This document shows positions 1 through 12,443 of a stretch of DNA of 64,000 nucleotides, in pieces. The stretch's first letter is position 1, and every line of letters begins with the position of its first letter. The notes beneath the pieces are model-generated. The model was not told where the DNA came from. It saw only the letters and a list, made by a program, of their open reading frames with translations, and searched no databases. The DNA lies in contig NC_058382.1 in assembly GCF_018350175.1 (NCBI RefSeq), positions 55,056,001 through 55,120,000 on the forward strand, read 5' to 3'. The DNA is from Felis catus (lineage: Eukaryota). The translations under genes were made by a program, and so were the position numbers.

Positions 1-259
1 GAGAAAGACGCCAGGGTCACGTGTCCCCCAGGAAGAGAGAACCCTACAAATTCCACAACAAGGCAAAGTGGGAGAGGCTGCTGACGCACCTTGGGTGTCG
101 TGCCCCCTCCCACACCTCCACATACCCAGCAGACGGGCTCCAGCTCCGGCTTTGTAAAATAAAAGGGCTGGAGGGGTCGGCTTGAGTGACTGCGGCGGAT
201 GGAGGGAGCCATCAGGAGCCAGGATTCCCGGGGTCCGTCCTTGCTTCCCACGTACCAGC

Positions 260-693
260 TGTGGGTTTCCTGGGGCAGCTGTGGCAAAGCGCCACCGACC
301 AGGGGGCTTAAAACAACAGACACTCATCCTCTCAGGGTAGTGGGGCCAGACATCCAAGACGAACGTGTCCCGTCCACAAAGCTGAGCCCCCATCCAGACA
401 CCCTAAGGGACGTCCTTTTCCTTGCTTCTTCGGAGCTGCTTGGCTTGTGGACGCTTCGTTGCACCCTCGGCCTCCGTTTTCACGTGGCCGTTTCTCCCTT
501 GTGTATCTGTGACTCTTCACGTGGCCTTTTCGTAAGGACCCCAGTCGCTGGACATAGGGCCCACCTGCGATGCAGCCTGACCTCACCTTCACTTGATTGC
601 CCTGCAAAGACCCCTAACTCCAGATAAGGTCACAGTCACAGATGCCAGCGGTTAGGACTTGGACGTATCATTTGGGGGACAGAACCCACAACA
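260..693. mobile_element. MLT1 (ERVL-MaLR) solo LTR
   Basis: ggcttaaaacaacaga...ttaggacttggacgtatcatttgggggac...cccacaaca, characteristic of MLT1. Confidence 0.7.
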
Positions 694-2691
694 CCAGCTG
701 TGTGACCCCAGGCAAGCTGTTAATCCCTCATCCCCTTTCTCCCGTGTATGATGGGGACTGGGTGCGCCTGTCCGCCTCGTAGGGGACATCGGGGACATCG
801 GTCTTACCCGGAAGCTTCTTAGAAATCCAGACTCCCGGGCCTCACCTGGCTCTACAGAGTTGGAATCTGCCTTTTAACAAGACTCCCCACACGGGTTTGA
901 GGAGCACCTGGCAGGTTTGAAAAGGCTGGTTCGGTGTTGGCACGGCAGAAGCCCTTGGTACGCGTCAGCCATTATTTCCAGTTTCTGTTTTCCTCCCTTT
1001 TACAAACACTCAGAGCACTTTCCGTGGGCCCCTGAGAAGGTCCAGTGACCACACGGAACCGTGAAGAAACACACCAGGCACAATCCCTCCCCCAAGGAGC
1101 TCCGAGCTCAGTGAGAAGAACGGCCACATGCAATTTTTAAATGTGATCAAACGGATCCGTGTGATGTTTGGATTTTGCCAAGAGTCTGGCGGGCCCCAAA
1201 ATGCCAGGTGGGTTGTAGTACCCGGCGGGGAGCCTGGCTCCAAGGCCCGTTCCTCTCCTCGCCGGCCAGATGCGTGGTTGCCCAGGCAACCGGCCGATGC
1301 CCCCGAGACCACGAGCAGGACACCGTGCCCGAGTTCCTGCTGTTTCCTTGGAAGCAGTTATGACTGCTGAGAGACTGCCCAGCAGGGGCGCGGGGGGCTG
1401 AGTGCCCATGCCCTCTCCCCTCTTTCAAGCAGGTTGTCCGTCTCCCCAGGACCCGGCTTTCCAGGCAGATGCCAGCTGGGCACCCAGCTGCACTCAGTCT
1501 GGAACTGCCCCTGGGCGGCCTTGAGTCTCCAGTTGCAAGGACTTCTCAGCTTCCTGGCAGCAGGCAGCATCCATCAAGGCAGAGGAACTCTCGGGTGCAT
1601 GCCTCTCAGAGCGGCTTGGTGGTCGGGCCCTGAGGGTCCACAGCTAGGCCGCTCTCAGTTCCAGCCCTGGCTCTTGCTTGCCACCTGACTTAACCGCTCC
1701 CGGCCTCTGTTTACTCATCCATCAAATGGGCCTGGTTCTATCACATGTCTAGTTGAGTGGCTGCAAGGCTTCAAAGCAGTTATTTTCCACGAAGAGCTTC
1801 ACACAGGGCCTGGGCCGCGGAGAGCGCTCCAGGCGTGATAACCATTAGGCTCTTGTGTCCAGTCAGGGTGGTTTTTCCTGGAACATGGTAAGCACCGGGT
1901 AAGCGGTAGCCGGCGGTTTGTGTTTCGTAGCTTTGTTAGCGTGAGTCGGGGCCTGGTTTACGTGCCAGCCGACAGGGGGACCAGGGCTGGGCCTGTGTCT
2001 CGTTTTGTGTCCTTTCCCCTACTCCCAGCGCCCCCGTGGAGCCAGTGCCCAGAGCAGGTGTCCCTACCCTTGCTCCTCGTGAAAATCCCGAGTCCCTGGA
2101 AGGGAATCACTGATGAATCCATCTGTTAATTAATTGGACCAGCAGGGAACAGCTCAGTAACTGGATTGGCTAAATTAGCGTCTCTGTGCACGTGCACAGG
2201 GGGTGCCGAGAGGCGATGAGCTGACTCAGGTTGATGGTGAAGACCAGGGCCAAGTGGGCAGTGTGGGGGTGGCACGCAGGGGCCGACCACAGGCCTGGCT
2301 TGTGTCTGAAGGCAGGGTGATGGTCCCTAAGGCTAAAAGGATTGAAGAAGTGGCACCCATTCTGGAGGACCCGCGGCCCGAGTGTTGGGGCCCCCGGAAG
2401 CACGCGGCCTGGCAGGGATGGCGAGTTGCCTGCACGGCCCATACTGAGTCGTGAGGGAATGAGGAGGTCAAAGGCCCCTGTCTAGGAATGAGAGAAGTTG
2501 CCCAAGCATCCATTCTTCCTGGGTGTGCAGGGGACGTTTGGGAACACCAGCCTAAGACCTGGGAGGGAAAGTCGGAGGAGCGGGGCAGGTGGGTAGGCCC
2601 CAAAGTGCTGGCTGAGGATGGGGAGAGGCAGTGAGCATGCTGCTGGTCCTCTGGGGGCATGGGGACGCGGGGGGACCCCGAGACCGTAGGA

Positions 2692-2899
2692 CGGCACTGC
2701 CCAATAGAACTTTCTGCAGTGGTGACGACGGTCTTTCTCTGCGCCGTCCGGCATGGTAGCCGCTGGCCACTTGTGGCTTTCCAGCAGCCACAGCGTGGCC
2801 AGTAGACCGAGGCACTGGATTTTTAATCGTATTTCATTTTCATTAAGTTGAATGTAAGTAGCCACGTGGGGCTAGGGACGTGGGGCCTGGGCGGCACAG
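2692..2899 (+). mobile_element. MER3 (hAT-Charlie MITE)
   Basis: ctgcccaatagaactttctgc...tagccacgtggggctag matches the MER3 consensus pattern. Confidence 0.75.
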
Positions 2900-3107
2900 C
2901 TTTGGGCCGTCCACCGGGGGGCAGTTCTAAAAGCCAGTCGGTTCCTCCCTGGCTCGTTTTTCTCGGCAGCTCCAAGGAGCTCCCGTGCCTCCCTTCCTTT
3001 AATGACAGGTGGTGGGGAGCATGCGTGCTGTCGCGAGCCTGAGCCTGGGAGGCTGCGGCAACCAGCAGAGCAGCCCCATCACCGGGAGGCGTGCTTCCAG
3101 CACGTTC

Positions 3108-3391
3108 TGAGTCACGCCTCTCCCGGTGAGGGGCACACTCCCGGTGACAGCTTGTCTCCCGTGGAGTTGCCGACAGGCTCTGCTTTCCCAGGCCGGAGAA
3201 CCCCGGGCGTCTGCGGTCGCCTCTGCCGTGGGAGCAGTTGCCGGAGAGATGGCGGGTGTTGCCCAGGTAACGTCCCCTCCCTGACAAGCAGAGGGTGAGG
3301 ACGGCAATGGAGTGACTGACTGTGCCACCCGGGAGGCAGGAAGCTTTTCCTGCTGGCTCTGTTGTTTCGGGAGCTGGCGGGGCTGAGTCAC
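3108..3391. promoter_or_regulatory. Putative internal promoter: AP-1 sites TGAGTCA (3108, 3384); the second is an ARE/MARE-like GCTGAGTCAC
   Basis: Motifs are read directly and flank the alternative first exon in a CpG-enriched stretch. Confidence 0.45.
3249..3266 (+). CDS. CMIP: Putative alternative first coding exon of CMIP (MAGVAQ), phase-0 donor in frame with exon 4
   Basis: gagATGG strong Kozak context, 6 codons, then CAG|GTAACG donor. Joined to the exon at 9005 it gives 6+614=620 aa. It resembles the short N-terminus I recall for a human CMIP isoform lacking exons 1-3 (memory, not verified). Confidence 0.7.
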
Positions 3392-3914
3392 GGATGCCAG
3401 GAATCCTCCTAAGTTCCACCTGCCCCGGGCCACTCACTCCTGTCCCTTGGTAGGTGATAAGAAGGTAACTGTTTAGCCAGCAGTGGGGCTAGGTACCTTG
3501 TATATGTTACCTCACAGGAGAGCTACGGGAGCCTTTGGCAGCAGTTAGCCTGACCCCGAGTTGCGGTTGAGGCAGCTAGGGTACGAGTAACATACTGTGA
3601 GTTCCGCGCGCACTGGGACCTGTCTGCTTCGCTCACCGTGGGGATCCTTAGTACCGAACACAGCGCTTGGCCCATCATGGGAATTTTTGATGAATGATTG
3701 GACAGATGGTGGATGGATGCCGGGAAGGACGGATGAGTGGGTGGATGGACGGTGACAAAGGTGGATGGCTTGGGTACACGGGTGGCCAGGTGAATGGGTG
3801 AAGTAGAGCTTAGATTTCTACTAAGTCTGCTGTTGAAACACCTGCGCTCTTAACCACTAAGCAGTGCTGTCTCTGGCTTTGTCTGCTGCCCTCCTCTGCC
3901 TGCCTAGGTTGAGA

Positions 3915-4920
3915 TTTCTTCTTAAACACTGTAATTGAAATGTAACTTACACAGCTTAAGATTCACCAATCAGAAGTGCATGATTCAGTGATTTTAGTTA
4001 ATTTATAGAGTAGCGCGACCATCACCACAGTCCAGTTTCAGAATATTCGCATCATCCCAACAGATTCCCTGGTGTCTGTATGCAGTCTAATCCCTGTTGC
4101 CCCACGCAGTGACTCTTCCACTTTCTGTCTCTATGAATTTGCCTTTTCTAGACATTTCATATAAAAGGAATCACACAGAATGTGTTTTGCTCCTGGCTTC
4201 TTTGACTTAGCATCACATTTGTAAGGTTTGCCTGTATCGTAGCACATCTGAGTAGATCCATCCTTCTTCTTTTTTTTTTTTTTTTAACGTTTTATTTACT
4301 TTTGAGAGAGACAGAGACAGGGTGCGAGCGGGAGAGGGGCAGAGAGAGAGGGAGTCACAGCATCCGAAACAGGCTCCAGGCTCTGAGCCATCAGCCCAGA
4401 GCCCGACGCGGGGCTCGCACTCACGAACCGTGAGATCATGACCTGAGCCGAAAGAGCCACCCAGGCGCCCTGATCCATCCTTCTCTTATTGCAAACACTG
4501 CTCTATTGTCTGGATAGACCACCTTTTTGCTTATCTGTTCATCAGTCGATGGGCAGTCGGGTCGTTTCCAGTCTGAGGTGATTATGAATAATGCCAGGGA
4601 CACACATGTATGTGTCTTTGTGTCGAGTCTGTTTTTATTTCTCTTGGGTAGGTTTCTAGCAATAGAATTGCTGGGTCATAGGACAAATGTATGCTTGATG
4701 CTTTAAGTAACTATCAGACTGCTTTCCAGTGGTGCTGTCCTCGTGTGCAGTGCCATCGGCAGTGTACATGGGTCGCAGTTCCTCCACATCCTCACCAGCA
4801 CCGGGTGTCGTCCTTCTGGTTACAGCCAGCCTGGCGGGAGTGAAGTGACGTCTCTTTGCCGTTCGGACCTGTGTCTCCCCGGTGGCTCAAGACGCTGAGC
4901 CGTTTTCTGCACACTTACTT
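3915..4920 (-). mobile_element. Old L1M 3' fragment, interrupted by a Can-SINE
   Basis: Reverse L1 3'UTR/ORF2-end motifs (gccttttctagacatttcatata, gaattgctgggtcata, ccacatcctcaccagca). Confidence 0.75.
4268..4470 (-). mobile_element. Can-SINE (feliform SINEC_Fc-like) with 13-bp TSD gatccatccttct
   Basis: Poly-T, (GA)n, then gagccacccaggcgccc; TSD at 4255-4267 and 4472-4484. Confidence 0.92.
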
Positions 4921-4945
4921 CTAGACTGCACTTGACCTTTTCAGC

Positions 4946-5138
4946 CAGGGGTTGGCAAGCTTTTTCTCTAAAGAGCCAGATAGCAAATATTTGGGGCTTT
5001 GCAGGGCACGTTGGATTTCTGCCCCATGTTCTTTGGGTTTTTTTTCTTTCGCAACCCTTAAGACCATTCTTGGCTTCCTTGCACAGATAGAAGCAGGGGG
5101 CTCGGTTTGGGCCCCCCGCTGCACTTTGCTAACCCCTG
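4946..5138. mobile_element. MER58-like hAT MITE
   Basis: Terminal inverted repeats caggggttggcaa / ttgctaacccctg. Confidence 0.7.
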
Positions 5139-8100
5139 CTTTAAGCCCCTCCCAGAGAGCTCTGGGGCCCGTGACCAAAGAATCCGGTGGCCACGCTGGA
5201 CATGGCAAGATGTCACCCACCCGTCCTGGTGAAGGGGCTCAGTGGGAGGATCATACCGCAAAGCCAAGGGCCAGGCTCCTGGGAGCCTGGGAGTCAGGGC
5301 TCCAGAGGTGTCCCTGTCCCAACCACACTGTGACTCATGACCAGATGAGCTCATTGGAGTTTTGGGGGATGAAACCTGCTAATTTATCACCACAGCAGAA
5401 TGAATGGGTCCCTGTGGGTCCTGGGTAGGCTTCCCTCTGCCCTGGAGCTGCCCTGTCCCAGAGCCAGCGGCCTGTCTAACCCCCATGACCGTGATTTCAC
5501 AGCCCCACTGTCCACCTGCTGCCCCCACCCACCGCCTTCCCGCAGCTCCTCCCCCACTGCCCTGGCCGCCTGGCCTCGGGTTCTCCAAGCCTCTTGTCAC
5601 TGAATGCCACCAAGCATTCTTGAACCCCCTCCACTCATCGTGTCTCTCGGTGAATCTCTCTCTCCTCTCCACTGTCTGCACTGGCCCTGATGGACATGAT
5701 AGAGAGAGACCTCTGGAATTAACCAGAGTCGATTTTGACTCCTGAACCGACCCTTTCTAGCAGTGTGACCTTGGGTCCTGAACTCACGCCTCTCTGGCCG
5801 TGAGAGTCGTACGTGTGAGCAGGACACTGGAGGCTACAGCACAAGGTTGCGGGTGCCCCTCTGAGCCACCGCACTCTGAAGGCTGCTCACCGGGACCGCA
5901 CGTGGCTCTGCCTGGGGGCACGTTCCTCTCTGGCTGCGAGAGCAGTTTGTCCACGGTGCGGGGCCCTGGACAAGAGGTGTCCAGAGAGTGGGCGGGCAAA
6001 TGCAGCGTCCTCGCTCCCTGGGGGAGGGGAGCGGAGAGCACTGTCTCCTCAAGCTCCCACGCGATTCACAGCGGGTCCCACAGCGGCCCAGTCGTAATGC
6101 TTGGTGGTGCCCCGTTAGTGACTGCTTCTTCCTCCACACCCTGCACTGATGTGCCCCGCACCGCCTCTCAAGTCAAGAGCCATCTGCCCTTGGGTTCTTG
6201 TCTTAGGGTCCACTCTGGGGGCTGCTTAGCCTGCGGCAGCCCCCCGGCTCCCCGGCTCACGGTGAGGATGGAGAGAGCTGATTGATGCCCAGGAATGCCT
6301 AGTGCCTGGTGGGTAGCGTGAGCTCATTACGCATTGGCCCTTGTCACGAGCCCTGGGACCCTCTGGTTTTGAATGCAGCTACAGCCTCTGTGACCACAGG
6401 TGCTGGGGATGCCCACTGAGCAAGGGCTCCGGTGCCTGGGGACTCACAAGAGAGTGTCACCCTTCCCTGCTATGGAGGGGGTGTGTCGGTGGGCCCCGGG
6501 CTGGTGCTACCCCGTGGGCCCTCTTGCCCGGACCTTGCTACCTCGGGGTCTCAGTGATGTCTGAGTGTGGAGAGCCGCGGGCGGTCCTCACGGCCACCTA
6601 CCCCCACGCGCTGGCTGTTTCTGGCAAAGTTCCAGCGGGTGGGGTGGAACAATGCTCACCAAAGATTAATGATAGCTATTTCTAGGTTGTGGGATTTTGG
6701 AGGCCTCTTTTCGCTTATCCCCTTCTTTGTGCGTTTCAGCATGGTTTAAATTGCTTACAACGAGCAGGCATCGTTTTCACGAAAAGAATGAAGTCATTAT
6801 TCTTTCAAAGGTAAATAGCTTGCAGCTGATCCGAAGATAGGGCCCTTACAGCCCAGACCGTATTCACATTTAGGATCTGCTGTGGGAACACAGGGGTGTG
6901 CATCGTGTGGTTTTCTTTGGGGCTTAATACACGGCGAGTTTCCGTGACCATTTCACGGTCGCTTAAAAAGCAAGCAATTCTCTGGGTACGGAGCAAACCC
7001 ACAGCGTCCAGGACTCGGAGGAGTCTTCGTCTTCGGGGGCGGATCGGGTTCTTGCCTTGGGAAGCGTCTCCACGGCTTTAGACTTGGGGAACTTTGGCTC
7101 TGCACAGACCAGGCGGTGCAGAGGTGGTGCCTAGCTGACGGTAACTAGGCCCGAGGCTGGTTACCGGCCCAGGGAGGCCTCCGGGAACTGGCTGTGTCTC
7201 GTCATTAAAGTCCTGGGATTCACTAAGTCCTCACTGTCACCGTCACCCCCACCGGCCGCCTGTGTTCACTGAACGTCCGCCCCTGACAGCTCGCCGAGGC
7301 GTCTTCCAGTCCTTAGAGCATCTGCAGTGATTGACAAGTCCGTGTTTCAGGTGGTTCCTCTGCCTGCTGCCCCTCGGAGAGGCATCATCGCTCTCTGGTT
7401 CTTGATGAGGCGTGGTGACTGCCAGACCACAGCCAGACCAGGAGGGAGAGTAAAGGGCAGGCAGGTGGAAGACGGGGTACGGGGACCAGCCATACTGATT
7501 TGCTTAAGAAAGATCCGGGCTGACGAGGGAAACAGACTTTGATGTGAGTTCGCTTTGTGGGTGATGGTGGTGGTGATGGGGCCTGATGAGCAAGTAAGAG
7601 ACCAGAAAATCGTGGAGTTTGGGAACAAATGGGGGGAAGAAAGTAGAGATACTATTTGTACTGCTGGAGGTTGTGCATTTCGTCCTCTTTTTCCAAAGAG
7701 ACGAGTTATGTACCCGGGTTCCCTTTTTGTTGCCAGTGGCTAATTCTGTTTGGACTCTGCCTGTGAATGTAACTGCGTACAGAGGGCGGACCATCGTGGG
7801 TCCAGAATTTGTCAAAGTCACACCCTGAAAGAGGCCGCAAAGTATTTTCCTGCCTGATTTATGGAAGAGGAACTGAGGCTCAGTAGGTGACATGCTTCAT
7901 AGAACCGGGCCTACCTGAGTCCAAAGTCTGCCTCCTGTGCCATGGCGAGGCCTCACCCAGCACAGTTAACTCAGGTTGGTAGGGAGCACATCCCCAGATA
8001 CTTCCTTGAAAGTGCTGGGTTCCAAGATCACTTTGTAATTTATAACTCAGAAACAAAAGGGTCAGGGAGACCCCCCCGGAGGCCTCAGTGGGGGACCCTG

Positions 8101-8917
8101 ACCTCCTCCCTACTCACTCCTTCATTCAGACTCTGGCTCAGAGACTGTGACTCGTCACCCCAGCTGGCTGCTTGGTGCGGTGACACTAAACTTAGGTTTT
8201 CCCCAGGGAGCAGAGCACTTAATGAAGGAGTTCATCCAGTGGGAGAGTCCCAAGCCAGGGCAACAGTGGGGCCGGCAGCTGCCGGGGCCGGGAGGCACTT
8301 TGGCTGGGACCTCCGCCTTCCGAGGGCTGCTGTTTCCATGATGTCAGAGAGGCGGAACTCACTCCGCCTCACATCGAGGGAGACAGCAGCCCGTGCCCCA
8401 GTTCTTCTCCGCTTTGGACGCAGCCCCGAGCAAAGGTGAGGATATGCTCCGTCCCACTCACCAGGTGGAAACTGAGGTCCGCTTTGCGGTTCTCGGGGGC
8501 CTACTGGGCTTGTCACCACCTGGCCGGGGTTGAGTACCTGGCCACAAGCCTGTCTGTCCTTTTTCTTAGCTGGACTCCACTCTCCAGAGGGACCTCTTAG
8601 GGTCGGGATGAGTAGAAACAGTACCTCCAACGCAAAGAAAGCCTCTCTCTGGACCCCTGAATGCTTCCTTCCACCCTCCCTGCGTGTGAAAACTTAGGGA
8701 ATACGTTTGGGAGAAGACGTGATCTGAAAGAGACATCGCTTTGTTGTTTTTTTAAGTCATCGGAAACAGTGTGGAGATTTCTCAGCTAGTGTTCGGAAGG
8801 CCTGTCTGCAAACATCGCCTGTGACCCTGGGCAGGGACTTCTCCTTTCTCTGCGAGTCAGTTTCCCACGGGAGGGTTCGTCCACACGGGCAGTTTCTCGG
8901 GGCCTTGTACCTGCTAG

Positions 8918-9319
<402 letters not shown>

Positions 9320-11743
9320 TGACCACCCTGCCATGCCCCACGACCGAAGCTGGGGGGACTAGCCTCGGGCCTGACGACAGGCTGGTGGTGATGATGGCAG
9401 CAGATTTCAGGAGCTTCCAGTTTTTCCCGAGCCAGAGCACATCGGTGAAGCCCCCAGACTGCCCTGCCTTCCTGCCCGCCCCCCGCCACCCGTCTCCACC
9501 TTGCCCTGCCCTGGCCTGCGTCAGCTGCAGGGGTCCAAGCGGCTGTCGCTTTCTGCCTCCACGACCCCCCAGAGCCTCAGAAAAACCACTCTGCTGTGCC
9601 AGGCAGCCCCCCGGTAGGGTGCGTGCCGTGCCGGGCACTGTCCTGCATTGGAACAAAGACAAGTCCCCACCCCCCTGGAGCTCACGTTCCAGCGGGGAGA
9701 CAGACAGGAGCGTGGGGGCTCAGCCAGAGCCAGCCGCGCCATTCGTGTGTAGGCGAGGGCTACTTGGGGACACGCTGTGACTCCGGCCCGGGCACTCTTC
9801 TCCGCGCTCTACAAGTACTAAAGCTGTCTCGTTTGTTTGCCTGCCTGGGCCCCTGGGGACGCTGGCGTTGATGACTCCCGGTTTGAACTTTCCACGGCCC
9901 CAGGGCAATGCCTCCGTCCCCCGTCCCCCTTCCCTGGGAGTAGCCCCTGGTTCCTTCTAGAAGCACAAGCCCCTTGCTGCCTGGAGCCACCCCTTCCCCC
10001 GCAGACCCAAGCTGGTTGCCACCCATCAGTCCAGGAAACTGGCCCGGGCCTTCTTCCATGTCTGCTATTTGAGCAGAGGACCCCTTTCCCTGGAAGGAAG
10101 TATGGCAAGAGGTAGAGGGTGGGCTGCAAAGACGGTGGCAGGTAGAGGAACAGAAGACGTGCCCTCGGGCGTGCGACAGCTTCATTTCGCAGAAGAGCAG
10201 AGACTCATGCTCTGAAATGCATCACAGTCAAGGCCTGGAATTGGAGGCCAGGCTGGGTGCTGTATGTGCGACCTGAAATCCCGGCTTCCCGCCTGAGCAG
10301 GGGAAGGGCCCCAGCAAGCAGGCCCCAGGCTGGCCGCTCACCGCGAGTACGCGTCTGCTGTGTGGCGGCCGGTGTCAGGTGCCGTGCAGCATGGCATCTC
10401 GTGTCGTACGGTCTCCCCTGAGACGTGGGCCTTGCTGTCTCCGTTGTACAGATGGGGAAACTCAGGTCCAGAGACACTGGTACACCTGAGCAAGTGGTGG
10501 GGCTGCAAATTCCACCTTGGGGCTTGCTCGCTCTCCCTGCAAGACCACCTGCCCGCCCCTCCTGCCCCGCCAGTCCCGGCCGCCACCACACCGTCGTTGA
10601 CATCAGGTTCGCTGTCAGGACGATGGGGAAGGTGGCCGACGGGCACTGTCGCCAACCTCTGGCGGCATTTATGTCACATGTGACCGCGCGCCCATGGGCC
10701 TTTGCATCGCTTCTCAGGCACCTGATCCCCAAGCGCTGGGGTAGGAAAAGATAAAAGCATTTAAAAAGGAAAAAAGGGAAGAAGCTTGCGTTTGCTGTAT
10801 ACCTACTGTGTGTCGGGCAAGGGGTCATTATGACTCACCGTGTCTGACTGGTAAGAGCTGTTGTTTGGTAAGGGACAGAGCTGGACAGAGCTGTGCCCGG
10901 GCAGCATCCCCTCGAGTAAGGCTTGACGCCTCCCTGAGTGACACTCAGGCTCTGTGATGACCACTTCGGCAGGCATTTAGTGCTGATACTTAGCATTTCT
11001 CCAGGGACCCTGCAGGGTAAGTACTAAAAGGTACAGACGAGTAAACAGAGGCTCCAAGAGGTTGTCACCTGCCCAGGGTCACTTGGATAAGTGCCATTTT
11101 TATTGCCATGGGCGGTAGTCATGACCTTGACCTTAACCACTCTCAGCTTAAGGGTCTAGGAGGATGGGTGGAAAGACAAACAAATCCTTCCTCCTCCTTG
11201 CCCTTTCTTGTGTAGATTATATGGGCTAGCTTATTTGCCTGTTCTCTTTACTTAAGTTGTCTCCGGGGTCTCCTTCTACGAGGCTCCAGGTGTCACCAAG
11301 CCAACCAGGAGGTGGGCAGGATCCCCAAGGAGGGGGTGGAGGGGCTGTTAGTTCTGCGAAAGGACTGCCCATCCGCTGGCCAGACAGAGCCGCATCCCTG
11401 ACCTCCCGGGCCTTTGTTGACTTCAGTGTGTGGAGAGGCCGCTCAGTTTGGGGTTCAGGTGTCCCCTATGATTCAGTGGCCGTTTTCAGTGAGTGCTCTC
11501 CACCCAGGGTTGAAAATGGCCTTGGGAGAGAGAAGTGTCCCTGCGGAACAGCACAGGCCACCACCAGTGACTGGGACAAAGAAATCAGCATCTGTATTTA
11601 CCGAAGGCTCTTCCTGGGAAGGTGCACAGGTGCAGTGAGGAACGGACTGAGCCCTTCGGAGCTGTCTACCACGGCCCGAAGGATGGGACTGGCCCTTGCT
11701 TGGGCTGAGCACCATAGCTCAGTGGTTAGAGATGCAGGTTTTA

Positions 11744-11990
11744 GGGGGGCACCTGGGTGGCTTAGTCTCTTAAGCATCTGACTCTGGATTTCAGCTGAGG
11801 TCGTGATCTCACAGTTTGTGAGATCGAGCCCCGGCATTGGGCTCCTTGCTGACGATGCAGAGCCTGCTTGGGATTCTTTTTCTCCCTCTTTGTCTCTGTC
11901 TGTGCCCTTCCCTGCACATGCGTGCGCTTTCTCCTCTCCCTCTCTCTCTCTGTCTTTCTCGCTCTCTCTCAAAGTAAACTTTTATAAAAA
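11744..11990 (+). mobile_element. Can-SINE 1 of a tandem triplet (older, more diverged)
   Basis: ggggcacctgggtggc head, (CT)n, A-rich tail. Confidence 0.9.
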
Positions 11991-11994
11991 GAGA

Positions 11995-12196
11995 GGGGCA
12001 CCTGGGTGGCTCAGTCGGTTGGGAGTACAGCTTCAGCTCAGGTCACGATCTCGCGGTCCGTGACTTCGAGCCCCGCGTCGGGCTCTGTGCTGACAGCTCA
12101 GAGCCTGGAGCCTGCTTCGGATTCTGTATCTCCCTCTCTCTCTGTCCCTCCCCCACTCATGCTGTGTCTCTCAAAAATAAAGAAACATTAAAAAAG
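11995..12196 (+). mobile_element. Can-SINE 2 of a tandem triplet
   Basis: ggggcacctgggtggctcagtcggtt head with tRNA-derived A/B boxes. Confidence 0.92.
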
Positions 12197-12223
12197 AATT
12201 TTTTTTTTGAAGAGAGAGATGCT

Positions 12224-12443
12224 GGGGCGCCTGGGTGGTTCAGTCAGTTAAGCATCCAACTTCGCTCAGGTCATGATCTCACAGCTCATGAGTTCAAGCC
12301 CCATGTCGGGCTCTGTGCTGACGGCTCAGCCTGGAGTCTGCTTCAGATTCTGTGTCTCCCTCTCTCTCTGCCCCTCCCCTGCTCACATACTGGCTCTCTC
12401 TCTCAAAAATAAATAAAGATTTTTTAAAAAATTGTTTTATAAA
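12224..12443 (+). mobile_element. Can-SINE 3 of a tandem triplet, TSD tgaagagagagatgc
   Basis: SINE head and tail; TSD at 12208-12222 and 12444-12458. Confidence 0.92.

Noticed and set aside
11744-12443. tRNA-like A/B boxes
   Set aside because: These belong to tRNA-derived Can-SINE heads, not tRNA genes.
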